Positions 8,018 to 17,808 are shown, numbered from the stretch's first letter. The stretch is DNA of 64,000 nucleotides from Actinomycetota bacterium (GCA_035640355.1 DASQWI010000019.1:55222-119221); one strand, 5' to 3'. Translations and numbers: made by a program. The notes: a model not told the origin generated them from the sequence alone.

Positions 8018-10233
8018 ACGAGCCGCTTCATCGACGGCTCGGGCTCACCGACGATGAGCTCGCGTCGATCAGCTCGACGCTCGGTCGCGATCCGAACCCC
8101 ACCGAGCTCGCGATGTACGCCGCGATGTGGTCCGAGCACTGCTCGTACAAGAGCTCGAAGGTACACCTGCGCAACCTGCCTACGGACGGTCCGCGCGTCC
8201 TCGTCGGTCCCGGGCAGGACGCGGGCGCGATCGACGTCGGCGACGGGGTCGCCGTCGTGTTCAAGATGGAGTCGCACTCGCACCCGAGCGCGGTTGAGCC
8301 GTACCAGGGCGCGGCTACCGGCGTTGGTGGCATCGTCCGCGACATCATCTCGATGGGGGCGCGCCCGATCGCGTTGCTCGACCCGCTCCGGTTCGGACCG
8401 CTGACGGACGAGCGCAATCGGTGGCTCTTCGACGGCGTCGTTGCCGGCATCGGCGGCTACGGCAACTGCATCGGCGTCCCCACCATCGGCGGCGAGGTCC
8501 ACTTCGGGGCGCCGCACTCGGCGAATCCGACGGTCAACGTGATGTGCCTGGGGATCGCACGAGCCGATCGGTTGGTCACGGCCGCGAAGGCGCCGCCGAC
8601 GGGGTCGCTGCTGGTCCTGTTCGGCGCGTCGACCGGTCGGGACGGTATCGGCGGCGTGTCGGTGCTCGCCTCGCGAACGCTCGAGGACGATGCAGCCGAG
8701 AGCCGACCCAGCGTGCAGATCGGCGACCCGTTCGCCGGCAAGCTCCTGATCGAGGCGTCGATGGAGATGGTCGAGCGCGGCCTGCTCGAAGGTCTCCAGG
8801 ATCTCGGCGGCGCCGGACTGACGTGCGCGGCGAGCGAGACGGCAACGCGAGCGGATCTCGGGGCGGAACTCGACCTCGGCGCCGTTCCGCTCCGCCAGGA
8901 CGATCTCGAGCCGTTCGAGATCCTGACGAGCGAGTCGCAGGAGCGGATGTTGGCGATTCTCGTCCCGGAACGCCTGGAGGACGTGATCGAGGTGTGCACG
9001 CGATGGGGCCTTGGCGCCGCAGTCATCGGCCGGCTGGTCGACGGGGGCGGAATGCTGGATGTCCGGCACGGCGGCTTCGAGGTCGCTCGGGTGCCCGCGC
9101 GTTCGCTCGCCGACGGCGCGCCGGTCTACTCGCGGCCGATGTCGGTGCCGCTCGAACGCGACGACCTCCTCGCCGATGATCCGACCTTTACCACGATGAC
9201 CACCCCGGTTGGCGACGCGCTGCTCCGGTTGCTCTCCGCCCCGAACGTCGCGAGCAAGCGCTGGGTCTGGGAGCAGTACGACTCCATCGTGCAGGGTGGG
9301 ACGGTCTTCGGCCCGGGCGCCGACGCCGCGCTCGTCCGTATCGAGGGAACGCTGAAGGCGCTCGCGCTCGCCACGGACGGAAAGGGTCGATACGGCGCGC
9401 TCGACCCGTACCTCGGCGCGGCACATGCGGTCGCGGAATCGGCACGAAACGTCGCGTGCACGGGCGCAAAACCGCTGGCCATCACGGACTGTCTGAACTT
9501 CGGCAACCCGGAGCGTCCCGAGGTGATGTGGCAGTTCGCCGAATCGATCCGGGGGATCGCCGACGCGTGTCGTGCGCTCGAGACGCCCGTTACGGGCGGG
9601 AACGTGAGCTTGTACAACGAGTCGGGGGACTCGGCGATCTGGCCGACCGCCGTGATCGGCATGGTCGGGCTCATACAGGACTACCGGCTCGCCGTGCGCC
9701 ATGCGTTCGGTGACGGAACGCTGGTGTACGTCATGGGAGAGACCCTCCCGGAGCTCGGCGGCTCCGAGTTCGCGGAGTCCGTTCTCGGTGTCGTCGCCGG
9801 TCGGCCGCCTGCCCTCGATCTGGAACGCGAACGTTCTCTCCATTCTCTCCTTGTGGAGTCGGCGCGGAGGGACCTGATCCGCTCGGCGCACGACTGCGGC
9901 GACGGTGGCCTGGCGATCGCGCTCGCCGAGTCCGCGATGGCCGGCGGTACCGGATTCGCCGTGTCGATCCCCGGCGACCTGCCGTCGCACGTGGCGCTCT
10001 TCGCCGAATCGGCCTCTCGCGCCGTCGTCACCGTCGATCCCGCTCGGGCGTCCGAGCTCGAGGATCTGGCCGCAGATCTCCGGGTGCCGTTCGCGCGGAT
10101 CGGCGAAACGGGCGGGCCGCGGATGGTGTTCGACCAGGTCGCCGACGTCACCGTCGACGAGGCCGCGGCGGCATACGAGGACGCGATCCCCAAACTCATG
10201 TCGGGCGAGCGCGTCCTGCGAGAGGCGGGATGA
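8014..10233 (+). CDS. purL: FGAM synthase large subunit
   Basis: GTG at 8014 overlaps the purQ stop. 739 aa. ..WSEHCSYKSS.., ..FKMESHSHPSAVEPYQGAATGVGG.. are present. The upstream part of the 884-aa ORF overlaps purQ. Confidence 0.95.
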   Translation: MNEPLHRRLGLTDDELASISSTLGRDPNPTELAMYAAMWSEHCSYKSSKVHLRNLPTDGPRVLVGPGQDAGAIDVGDGVAVVFKMESHSHPSAVEPYQGAATGVGGIVRDIISMGARPIALLDPLRFGPLTDERNRWLFDGVVAGIGGYGNCIGVPTIGGEVHFGAPHSANPTVNVMCLGIARADRLVTAAKAPPTGSLLVLFGASTGRDGIGGVSVLASRTLEDDAAESRPSVQIGDPFAGKLLIEASMEMVERGLLEGLQDLGGAGLTCAASETATRADLGAELDLGAVPLRQDDLEPFEILTSESQERMLAILVPERLEDVIEVCTRWGLGAAVIGRLVDGGGMLDVRHGGFEVARVPARSLADGAPVYSRPMSVPLERDDLLADDPTFTTMTTPVGDALLRLLSAPNVASKRWVWEQYDSIVQGGTVFGPGADAALVRIEGTLKALALATDGKGRYGALDPYLGAAHAVAESARNVACTGAKPLAITDCLNFGNPERPEVMWQFAESIRGIADACRALETPVTGGNVSLYNESGDSAIWPTAVIGMVGLIQDYRLAVRHAFGDGTLVYVMGETLPELGGSEFAESVLGVVAGRPPALDLERERSLHSLLVESARRDLIRSAHDCGDGGLAIALAESAMAGGTGFAVSIPGDLPSHVALFAESASRAVVTVDPARASELEDLAADLRVPFARIGETGGPRMVFDQVADVTVDEAAAAYEDAIPKLMSGERVLREAG

Positions 10234-11303
10234 CGTCCGTGGCAGACGACGCGGGCATCACGCGGCAGGAGCTTCAGCTCGCGGCCCGCAATCACGGGAT
10301 GCCACTCGAGGCGCTGCGGTATGACGTGACGCCGCCCGGCCTGCATTACCTGCTGATCCACTACGACATCCCGCAGATCGACGCCGACGCGTGGCGACTG
10401 CGCGTCGGCGGTCTCCTCGCTCGCCCGCTCGAGCTCTCTCTCTCGGATCTTCGTCAACGCACAACGGTCACTCGCGCCGTCACGCTCGAGTGCGCCGGGA
10501 ACGGAAGGGCGTTGCTCGATCCGCGCCCGCTCAGCCAGCCGTGGCTCCTGGAAGCCGTCGGCAACGCGGAATGGACGGGCGTGCCGCTTCGCGACGTGCT
10601 CGAGGAAGCGGGCGTCGAGCCCGGCGCTGCCGAGCTCGTCTTCACCGGGCTCGATCGCGGCGTCGAGGGCGAGATCGAGCAGGCCTACGAACGCAGCCTG
10701 TCGATCGACGAGTCGATGCGCGAGGACGTCCTGTTGGCGTTCGCCATGAACGGACAGGAGCTTCCCCCGCAGCACGGTGCCCCGCTGCGCCTGATCGTCC
10801 CCGGGTGGTACGGCATGACCAGCGTGAAGTGGCTCTCACGCATCACGGCGGTGGGGGAGAAGTTCGGCGGTTATCAGATGGCGACGAGCTACCGGTTCCG
10901 TTCGGATCCCGACGAGGTGGGCGAGGCGGTCACCCGGATCCGCCCGCGGAGCCTGATGATCCCGCCCGGCATCCCGGAGTTCCTCACTCGGAGCCGGGTC
11001 CTCGACGCAGGAACGCACGAGGTTCGAGGTCGGGCGTGGTCGGGGCTCGGCGCGATCGAACGCGTGGAGTTCTCCGACGACGACGGCGGGACGTGGGTCG
11101 ACACTCGCTTGGATGCGCCGCACCGCGACTCCACCGCGTGGCGCGGGTGGTCGATCGAGTGGGGCGCGTCACCGGGTGCGCGCGTCCTGTGCTGTCGAGC
11201 GACGGATTCCACAGGCGTGGCGCAGCCACTCGAGCCGGGATGGAACGTCGGCGGCTACGCCAACAACTCCGTCCAGCGCGTAACCGTCACGGTTCGCGGC
11301 TGA
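10230..11303 (+). CDS. sulfite-oxidase-family molybdopterin oxidoreductase
   Basis: 357 aa. ATG overlaps the purL stop (ATGA). Contains the TLECAGNGR molybdenum-ligand cysteine motif and ..GAPLRLIVPGWYG..SVKWL... No Tat or Sec signal is visible. Confidence 0.85.
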   Translation: MTSVADDAGITRQELQLAARNHGMPLEALRYDVTPPGLHYLLIHYDIPQIDADAWRLRVGGLLARPLELSLSDLRQRTTVTRAVTLECAGNGRALLDPRPLSQPWLLEAVGNAEWTGVPLRDVLEEAGVEPGAAELVFTGLDRGVEGEIEQAYERSLSIDESMREDVLLAFAMNGQELPPQHGAPLRLIVPGWYGMTSVKWLSRITAVGEKFGGYQMATSYRFRSDPDEVGEAVTRIRPRSLMIPPGIPEFLTRSRVLDAGTHEVRGRAWSGLGAIERVEFSDDDGGTWVDTRLDAPHRDSTAWRGWSIEWGASPGARVLCCRATDSTGVAQPLEPGWNVGGYANNSVQRVTVTVRG

Positions 11304-11386
11304 CCTTCCCACGCCGCCACGGAAAGATCGACAAGAAACGCCGTGCATCCCGGACCCGTCGGAGGCCGGTGCTAGCATCGCGGCGC

Positions 11387-12787
11387 GTGGGGGCGGAGAG
11401 TCCGAAAGACGAATGCGGCCTCTTCGGCGTCTGGGCGCCGGGCGAAGACGTCGCCCGTCTCATCTATTTCGGCCTCTTCGCGCAGCAGCACCGCGGCCAG
11501 GAATCCGCCGGCATGGCGGTATCCGATGGCGAGCATCTCCTCGTCTACAAGGAGCTCGGCCTCGTCTCCCAGGTCTTCAACGAGGCGACGCTGACGACGC
11601 TGCAGGGAGATCTGGGCATCGGCCACAACCGATACTCGACGACGGGCTCGACGACGTGGGAGAACGCGCAGCCCGCCTTCAAGACCGACGGCATCCGGTC
11701 GCTCGCGCTCGGCCACAACGGCAACCTCGTCAACACGCTCGAGCTCGCCGAGCGCGCGGCGCGGGCGGGCGGGGCGACCACGGACTCGGACCTGGTCGCC
11801 ACGCTGCTGGCGCGGTTCGGGGACGGTGGCCTCGAGGCCGCAGCGCTCGACGTGTTACCAACGTTGGAGGGCGCGTTCTCGTTCGTGATGATGAACGAGC
11901 GGAGCGTGTTCGCCGTGCGCGATCCTCTTGGGCTGCGCCCTCTGTCGATCGGCCGTTTGACGAACGGCTATGTCGTTGCGTCCGAGACGTGTGCGCTCGA
12001 CATCGTGGGCGCGGTGTTCGTTCGCGACGTGGAGCCCGGCGAGGTCGTTCGAATCGACGATCGCGGGTTGCAGTCGACGCGCTTCGCCGAGAGCCCGCGG
12101 CAAGCGCTGTGCATCTTCGAGTACGTCTACCTGGCGCGCGCCGATTCCCGCCTTCGCGGTCGCACGGTCTACGAGGTTCGCCGCGACCTCGGGCGCCGGC
12201 TGGCGATCGAGGCGCCCGCCGACGGCGACCTGGTGATCCCCGTTCCGGATACCGGACACTCCGCGGCGCAGGGGTTCGCCGAGGTCTCCGGTATCCCGTA
12301 CGGCGAAGGCCTGATGAAGAATCGATACGTCGGACGGACGTTCATCCAGCCGTCGCAGACACTTCGCGAACGGGGGGTGAAGCTCAAGCTCAACCCCATC
12401 CCGGACGCGATCGCCGGCAAGCGGTTGGTCGTGATTGACGACTCGATCGTCCGGGGAACGACGACGCGTCAGCTCGTTCAGGCGCTGCGCGAGGCGGGCG
12501 CGGCCGAGGTTCACACCCGTATCACGTGCCCGCCGATCCGGTGGCCGTGCTTCTACGGGATCGACATGTCGAGCCACTCCGAGCTCATCGCCTCGGATCT
12601 GGCGGTCGAGGAGATCCGCCGGTACGTCGGCGCGGACTCGCTCGGGTACCTCTCCCTCGAAGGAATGGTTGCCGCCACTGGACAGGGCGGCGGCGAGTTC
12701 TGTCGCGCGTGCTTCGACGGGGAGTATCCGATCCCCATCCCGGAGTACGCCGGCAAGTTCCTCCTCGAGAATCCCGCGAAGTCGTGA
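11387..12787 (+). CDS. purF: amidophosphoribosyltransferase
   Basis: GTG at 11387 gives a short propeptide before CGLFGV (the N-terminal nucleophile Cys). VVIDDSIVRGTT PRPP loop is present. The long 5' extension of the ORF overlaps the upstream gene. Confidence 0.95.
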   Translation: MGAESPKDECGLFGVWAPGEDVARLIYFGLFAQQHRGQESAGMAVSDGEHLLVYKELGLVSQVFNEATLTTLQGDLGIGHNRYSTTGSTTWENAQPAFKTDGIRSLALGHNGNLVNTLELAERAARAGGATTDSDLVATLLARFGDGGLEAAALDVLPTLEGAFSFVMMNERSVFAVRDPLGLRPLSIGRLTNGYVVASETCALDIVGAVFVRDVEPGEVVRIDDRGLQSTRFAESPRQALCIFEYVYLARADSRLRGRTVYEVRRDLGRRLAIEAPADGDLVIPVPDTGHSAAQGFAEVSGIPYGEGLMKNRYVGRTFIQPSQTLRERGVKLKLNPIPDAIAGKRLVVIDDSIVRGTTTRQLVQALREAGAAEVHTRITCPPIRWPCFYGIDMSSHSELIASDLAVEEIRRYVGADSLGYLSLEGMVAATGQGGGEFCRACFDGEYPIPIPEYAGKFLLENPAKS

Positions 12788-12826
12788 TTATCGCGTGCGT
12801 GGTCGGCGCCGATTCGCGTCGTCGCG

Positions 12827-13822
12827 ATGAGTGATGCGTACGGCCGCGCCGGTGTCGACCTCGACGCCGCGGGCCGTGCCGTCGGCCTGATACGGGACCT
12901 CGCTGGCGAAGCGACTCGTCCGGAGGTCATCGAGGGCGTCGGAGGATTCGCCGGCCTGTTCCGCATCTCGGAGGATCGCCTGCTCGCCGCGGCAACCGAC
13001 GGCGTGGGGACCAAGCTCGGCGTCGCGCTCGCGGCCGGCCGGCTCGACACGATCGGCGTCGACCTCGTGGCGATGTGCGCGGATGATGTCGTGTGTACGG
13101 GCGCCGAGCCGCTGTTCTTCCTGGACTACGTCGCGACGGGACGCCTCGTGCCGGAGGACGTTGCGGCGATCGTTACGGGAGTCGCCGACGGGTGTCGCCG
13201 CGCCGGCTGCGCGTTGCTCGGCGGCGAGACGGCCGAACACCCGGGAACGATGCGTCCGGAGGAGCTCGATCTGGCGGGATTCTGCGTCGGCGTCGTCGAC
13301 GAGCGCACGATGCTGGGGCCGCACCGCGTTCAGGAAGGCGACGTGTTGATCGGGCTCGCTTCGACCGGATTGCACGCGAACGGCTATTCGCTCGTCCGCA
13401 AGGCGCTCCTCGAAGACGGCGGGTACCGCCTGGACGACGTCCTACCGCGGCTCGGCCGGTCGCTGGGAGACGAGTTGCTCGAGCCCACGGCGGTCTACAC
13501 ACCACTCGTGCTGGGGCTGGCGCGCGACGGTGTCGTCCACGCCGCCGCGCACGTGACCGGGGGTGGGCTGGTCGAGAACGTTCCGCGAGTCATGCCGGCC
13601 GGTCTCCACGCCGACATCGACTGGCGCAGCTGGCCGGTTCCTGCCGTGTTCGACCTTGTCGCGGAGGCTTCAGGTGCCGGAGACGAGGAGCTGCGCCGGA
13701 CGTTCAACCTCGGCGTCGGGATGATCCTCGTCGTACCTGCCCATCGCACCGCTGAGGTGATCTCTCGGGGGAAGGCTGGGGGATCCGCGTCCTTCGAGAT
13801 CGGACGTGTAGTGCGCGGGTGA
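12827..13822 (+). CDS. purM: phosphoribosylformylglycinamidine cyclo-ligase (AIR synthase)
   Basis: 331 aa. GGFAGLF, DGVGTKL and HVTGGG motifs are present. Confidence 0.95.
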   Translation: MSDAYGRAGVDLDAAGRAVGLIRDLAGEATRPEVIEGVGGFAGLFRISEDRLLAAATDGVGTKLGVALAAGRLDTIGVDLVAMCADDVVCTGAEPLFFLDYVATGRLVPEDVAAIVTGVADGCRRAGCALLGGETAEHPGTMRPEELDLAGFCVGVVDERTMLGPHRVQEGDVLIGLASTGLHANGYSLVRKALLEDGGYRLDDVLPRLGRSLGDELLEPTAVYTPLVLGLARDGVVHAAAHVTGGGLVENVPRVMPAGLHADIDWRSWPVPAVFDLVAEASGAGDEELRRTFNLGVGMILVVPAHRTAEVISRGKAGGSASFEIGRVVRG

Positions 13823-13948
13823 CGCGACGCGGAGCGGGACGCCGATCCGTGCCGGCGCGTCGGGCGTCGGGGGGAGGCCGTCCAGGCGAACGAAGTTGGT
13901 CCCTTGGTCGCATCTTCGAGCAACGAGCTGCGGCCGATACCTACACAG

Positions 13949-14329
13949 ATGAGCGCCACGAAGACGACGACCAGTGTCCTCGTCGTGGACGACGAGCCGC
14001 AGGTCCTTTGGATGCTCCAGTTCAGCCTCGAGGCCGAGGGATACCGAACCTACGCCGCCCGCAACGGCGAGGAGGCTTTGGAGGAGATCGCCGAGCAACG
14101 GCCCTCGATGATGCTGCTCGACATCATGATGCCCGTCATGGACGGATGGACCGTGCTCGAGCGCGTCCGGCAGTTCCCTGCCGACGAGCGCCCCAAGGTC
14201 GTCGTGGTCTCCGCCCGTTCGAGCCGGCGCGATCGAGCCAAGGCCATGGAGCTCGGCGCGGACGCGTTCGTGGCGAAGCCCTTCAGCATGGACGAGCTCA
14301 TCGGCATCATCCACGGACTCGAGGGCTGA
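13949..14329 (+). CDS. single-domain response regulator (CheY-like receiver only)
   Basis: VLVVDDEP, LLDIMMPVMDG (phospho-acceptor Asp), VVVVSARS and AFVAKPF (conserved Lys). No output domain. An alternative start lies at 13904. Confidence 0.85.
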   Translation: MSATKTTTSVLVVDDEPQVLWMLQFSLEAEGYRTYAARNGEEALEEIAEQRPSMMLLDIMMPVMDGWTVLERVRQFPADERPKVVVVSARSSRRDRAKAMELGADAFVAKPFSMDELIGIIHGLEG

Positions 14330-14336
14330 CGAGCCG

Positions 14337-14546
14337 TCAGCCTTCGACGAGCTTCCCGAACCGGATCCCGCGCACCGGCACGCGCGCCAGCTCGCCGTCT
14401 TTCCGGCGAACCATGTACGTCTCGGCTCCCTCGTCGTAGTACTCGAGCACGCCGACGGCCTCGCCGAGGAACCCGTTCGGGAGCTCGAACTGGAACGAGA
14501 CGCGCCTTCCCACGTCCGCGGGCGTCACGTGGTTCTCTCGCTTCAC
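14337..14546 (-). CDS. small conserved hypothetical protein (SH3-like?)
   Basis: GTG at 14546, 69 aa, 65 nt downstream of the E2 gene. G/C-rich third codon positions. The sequence GRRVSFQFELPNGF..AVGVLE.. resembles N-terminal SH3-like modules of actinobacterial acetyltransferases (from memory). Confidence 0.45.
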   Translation of the reverse strand: MKRENHVTPADVGRRVSFQFELPNGFLGEAVGVLEYYDEGAETYMVRRKDGELARVPVRGIRFGKLVEG

Positions 14547-14611
14547 GAGTCGAGGATATCGGCCAAAGGCAGAGCGAGCGAGGCGAGTGGCGTGCGTACC
14601 CCCGGGAAAGC

Positions 14612-15751
14612 CTAGCGCGGGAGGTTCGAGAGCCGTTCCGACGACTGGAGCAGATCGACGAGCGCAGTGAATGCCCGGCCGACCGTCGCGCCGTCGAGCA
14701 CTCGATGGTCGAACGTCAACGAGAGCGTGCACGCAGGTCGACCCTCGACCCGTCCGTCGACGACGAGTGCGCGCGGCTCGATCACGCCGAGCGCGATCGT
14801 GACGGCGTGGCCTGGGTTGAGCAGCGGAGTGCCGAACTCCGATCCATAGCTCCCGGTGTTCGTGACGGCGATCGTCGCGTCGGCAAGAGCGTCCCGCGAA
14901 AGGGCGTTCGCGCGCGCCCGCTCGGCGAGCGAGGCGATCTCCTCAGCGATCTGCGCGACCGTCTTGGCACGGGCGTCCCTCACGACCGGCACGACGAGTC
15001 CTCGTTCGGTGTCTGTAGCGATGCCGACGTTCACGGCGCGATGGACGAGGATCCGGTCGCCGCCCCAGCTCGAGTTCAGCAGGGGGTGATCGGCGCACAC
15101 CTCGGCGAGCGCGCCGACGAACAGGGGGAGTGGTGACACGCCGAGTTCGCCCCGCACGGTCTCGAGCGCCGAGCACTCGACGTGGCGGAACGTGGTGACG
15201 TGAGGGATGGCGGCGACCTGCGCGAGCCGGTTGGCGATGGCCTTCCGCACCGGGGTGACGGGAACTGTCTCGACGTTCTCCAGGTCGCTCGCTGCACGCT
15301 CGACACCCGCCGCGGTCTCGACGTCGATCCGCGTGACGCGACCGCCTGCACCCGAGGGCGTGACGGATCCGAGGTCGACGCCGAGGTCCTTGGCGAGCTT
15401 CCGCACGGCAGGCGTCGTCGCGACGTGCGATCCGCCTGACATCGAAGCAACTGGGCGTGACTGCTCATCCGAAGCGCTTGGCCCCGACGGCTCCCGCCGC
15501 TCTTCCGTTCCGGCGACGTCGAACGTGACGAGTGGAGATCCGACCGTGAGCGTCGCGCCGGCGGCTACGTGCAGTCGGGCCACCTTCCCCGCGAACGGAG
15601 ACGGCACCTCGACGACGGCCTTCGCCGTCTCGACCTCCGCGATCGGCTGGTTGAGCTCGACCTCGTCACCTTCGGCAATGAGCCACTGCGTGACCACGGC
15701 TTCCTCGAGTCCCTCGCCGAGGTCGGGCAACACGAAGACGCGAGCGGCCAT
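14612..15751 (-). CDS. dihydrolipoamide acyltransferase (E2) of a 2-oxoacid dehydrogenase complex
   Basis: ATG at 15751 overlaps the E1beta stop (ATGA). Lipoyl domain LPDLGEGLEEA...W.....V.....I.EVETAKAVVEV, a peripheral-subunit-binding domain ATPAVRKLAKDLGVDL, and a catalytic DHRVLDG motif. Confidence 0.92.
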   Translation of the reverse strand: MAARVFVLPDLGEGLEEAVVTQWLIAEGDEVELNQPIAEVETAKAVVEVPSPFAGKVARLHVAAGATLTVGSPLVTFDVAGTEERREPSGPSASDEQSRPVASMSGGSHVATTPAVRKLAKDLGVDLGSVTPSGAGGRVTRIDVETAAGVERAASDLENVETVPVTPVRKAIANRLAQVAAIPHVTTFRHVECSALETVRGELGVSPLPLFVGALAEVCADHPLLNSSWGGDRILVHRAVNVGIATDTERGLVVPVVRDARAKTVAQIAEEIASLAERARANALSRDALADATIAVTNTGSYGSEFGTPLLNPGHAVTIALGVIEPRALVVDGRVEGRPACTLSLTFDHRVLDGATVGRAFTALVDLLQSSERLSNLPR

Positions 15752-16737
15752 CAGTACTCGATGGTTCGGCGGACAGCCGCGACGATACGTTCGACGCTCG
15801 GGAGGTACTCCTGCTCGAGCGACGCCGGGGGGTAGGGAACGTCGGGTCCGGTGACGCGGGCGACCGGGGCCTCCAGATGATCGAAGGCCTCCTCCATGAT
15901 CAGCGCCGCGATCTCCGCGCCGAACCCCAGCGTGAGCGGGGCTTCGTGCACGACGACGGCACGCCCGGTCTCGACGACACAGCGGCTGATCGTCTCGACG
16001 TCGAGCGGAACGAGTGATCGAAGGTCGACGACGCGCACACCGATGCCGTCCTCGGCGAGCGATCTCGCCGCGTCGAGGCACCGTGCGCGCATCGCTCCGT
16101 ACGTGACGATCGTGCAGTCGCCGCCGTCGGGTAGATGCACAACGGCCACGCCGATCTGCGGCCCGTCCGTCGTGAGCGCCTCGGGTCCGTTCTGCGACTT
16201 CGACCAGTACCGGCTCTTCGGCTCCAGGAAGACGACCGGATCTGGATCGTCGATGGACAGGCGAAGCAGTCGGTACGCGTCGATGGCGTCCGCGGGCACG
16301 ACGACCTTCAGGCCTGCGGTGTGTGCGTAGTACGTCTCGGGGCTCTCGCCGTGGTGCTCCTTCCCCTTGATCCCACCGAACGAGGGGATACGGATCACGA
16401 TCGGCATCGAGACCCGGCCTCTGGTCCGCAGCCGGTACTTCGCGATGTGGCTGATGACCTGGTCGAGCGCGGGGTAGCTGAACCCATCGAACTGCATCTC
16501 GGCGATCGGACGCCATCCAGCCATCGCCAGACCGACGCAGATCCCGGCGATGCCCGCTTCGGCGATCGGCGTGTTGAACACGCGCTCCCGGCCGAACTTC
16601 TGCTGCAGACCTTCGGTGACACGGAATACGCCTCCGAGCTCACCGACGTCCTCGCCGAAAACGAGCGCTCGAGGATCGCTTTCGAGAGCGTCGCGGAGCG
16701 CGGCGTTGAGCGCCGCGACCATCGTGATATCAGGCAT
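15751..16737 (-). CDS. 2-oxoacid dehydrogenase E1 component beta subunit
   Basis: (M)PDITMVAALNAALRD..FGEDVG..GGVFR.T.GL is typical of E1beta. The start at 16737 overlaps the E1alpha stop. An alternative ATG lies at 16752. Confidence 0.93.
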   Translation of the reverse strand: MPDITMVAALNAALRDALESDPRALVFGEDVGELGGVFRVTEGLQQKFGRERVFNTPIAEAGIAGICVGLAMAGWRPIAEMQFDGFSYPALDQVISHIAKYRLRTRGRVSMPIVIRIPSFGGIKGKEHHGESPETYYAHTAGLKVVVPADAIDAYRLLRLSIDDPDPVVFLEPKSRYWSKSQNGPEALTTDGPQIGVAVVHLPDGGDCTIVTYGAMRARCLDAARSLAEDGIGVRVVDLRSLVPLDVETISRCVVETGRAVVVHEAPLTLGFGAEIAALIMEEAFDHLEAPVARVTGPDVPYPPASLEQEYLPSVERIVAAVRRTIEY

Positions 16738-17788
16738 CGGCGGACCAAGCATCGCGTTGCCGTTCCAGCGTTCGCGGCGGAGCGGCGAACACCTGGTCGA
16801 AGATCTCCGACGCTGCGGGGGCCTCGAGTGAGATCAGCTTCGCGCGGATCTGCGCCACCCAGCGCGCCGCATCTGACTCGCACTCGTGCACGAACGCATC
16901 GTCCGCGACGCCGGCACCCGATAGGTATCGGCGGAAGCGGTCGATCGGATCGCGCGCACGCCACGCCGCGACCTCGTCGTCGTCTCGATAGCGGGATGCG
17001 TCATCGGCCGTCGAGTGCGGACCGATCCGGTACGTAACCGCCTCGATCAGTGTCGGGCCCTCGCCGGCGTGTGCCCGTTCGACTGCCGTCTTTGTGACGG
17101 CGTACACCGCCAGCACGTCGTTCCCGTCGACGCGGACGCCCTCGAACCCGTAGCCGCTCGCGCGGCTCGCGATCGGCGCGACCGCTTGCTCCGCAAGCGG
17201 CACCGAGATGGCCCACCCGTTGTTCTGACAGAACAGAATGGCCGGCGCGCCGAACACGCCGGCCATGTTCGCGGCTTCGTGGAAGTCGCCCTCTGACGCA
17301 GAACCGTCGCCGAAGTAGGCGAGCGCGCACGCGGGGAGTCCGTCGAGCTTCGCCCCGAGGGCCCACCCGACCGCGTGGACGATCTGCGTGGCAACCGGAA
17401 CACAGATCGGCGCAAACCGGTTCTCGATCGGGTCGTACGGACCGCCGTGCCACGTGCCGCGGTGATACTCCAGGTACTCGACGACGTCCACGCCGCGAAC
17501 GACGGCCGCTGCGAGCTCCCGAAATGACGGGAACACGAAGTCGTTGGCCCCGAGCGCGAACGCGCTGCCCACCTGGGCCGCCTCCTGCCCTTCGAACGGG
17601 GGATAGACCGTCAGCTCACCCTGTCGCTGTAGCGCCATGCATTCGCGGTCGAGTCGGCGCGCTCGGATCATCAAGCGCATTAGATCGCGCAACCGTTCAT
17701 CGTCGAGGCCGACCCCGGTGTCGGCGGTCGGCGTTCCGTCCGGCGCGAGGATCTGAACCATCGAAACGCCGTAAATGTCGCGGCTCAC
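16730..17788 (-). CDS. 2-oxoacid (pyruvate/branched-chain) dehydrogenase E1 component alpha subunit, TPP-dependent
   Basis: 352 aa. GTG at 17788 has GAGGAG about 9 nt upstream. The TPP motif YFGDGSASEGDFHEAANMA is present. Confidence 0.93.
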   Translation of the reverse strand: MSRDIYGVSMVQILAPDGTPTADTGVGLDDERLRDLMRLMIRARRLDRECMALQRQGELTVYPPFEGQEAAQVGSAFALGANDFVFPSFRELAAAVVRGVDVVEYLEYHRGTWHGGPYDPIENRFAPICVPVATQIVHAVGWALGAKLDGLPACALAYFGDGSASEGDFHEAANMAGVFGAPAILFCQNNGWAISVPLAEQAVAPIASRASGYGFEGVRVDGNDVLAVYAVTKTAVERAHAGEGPTLIEAVTYRIGPHSTADDASRYRDDDEVAAWRARDPIDRFRRYLSGAGVADDAFVHECESDAARWVAQIRAKLISLEAPAASEIFDQVFAAPPRTLERQRDAWSADA

Positions 17789-17808
17789 GCGCGGAGTCTC
17801 CTCAGTAC

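Noticed and set aside
10391-11386. 5' extensions of ORF-track entries: purF from 10391, purL from 7579, purB from 4574, HD-GYP from 44690, cysH from 42082, E2 from 16516 and P5CDH from 51305.
   Set aside because: The extensions overlap well-supported upstream genes in other frames and are low-complexity. Internal starts reproduce canonical N-termini and stop/start coupling.
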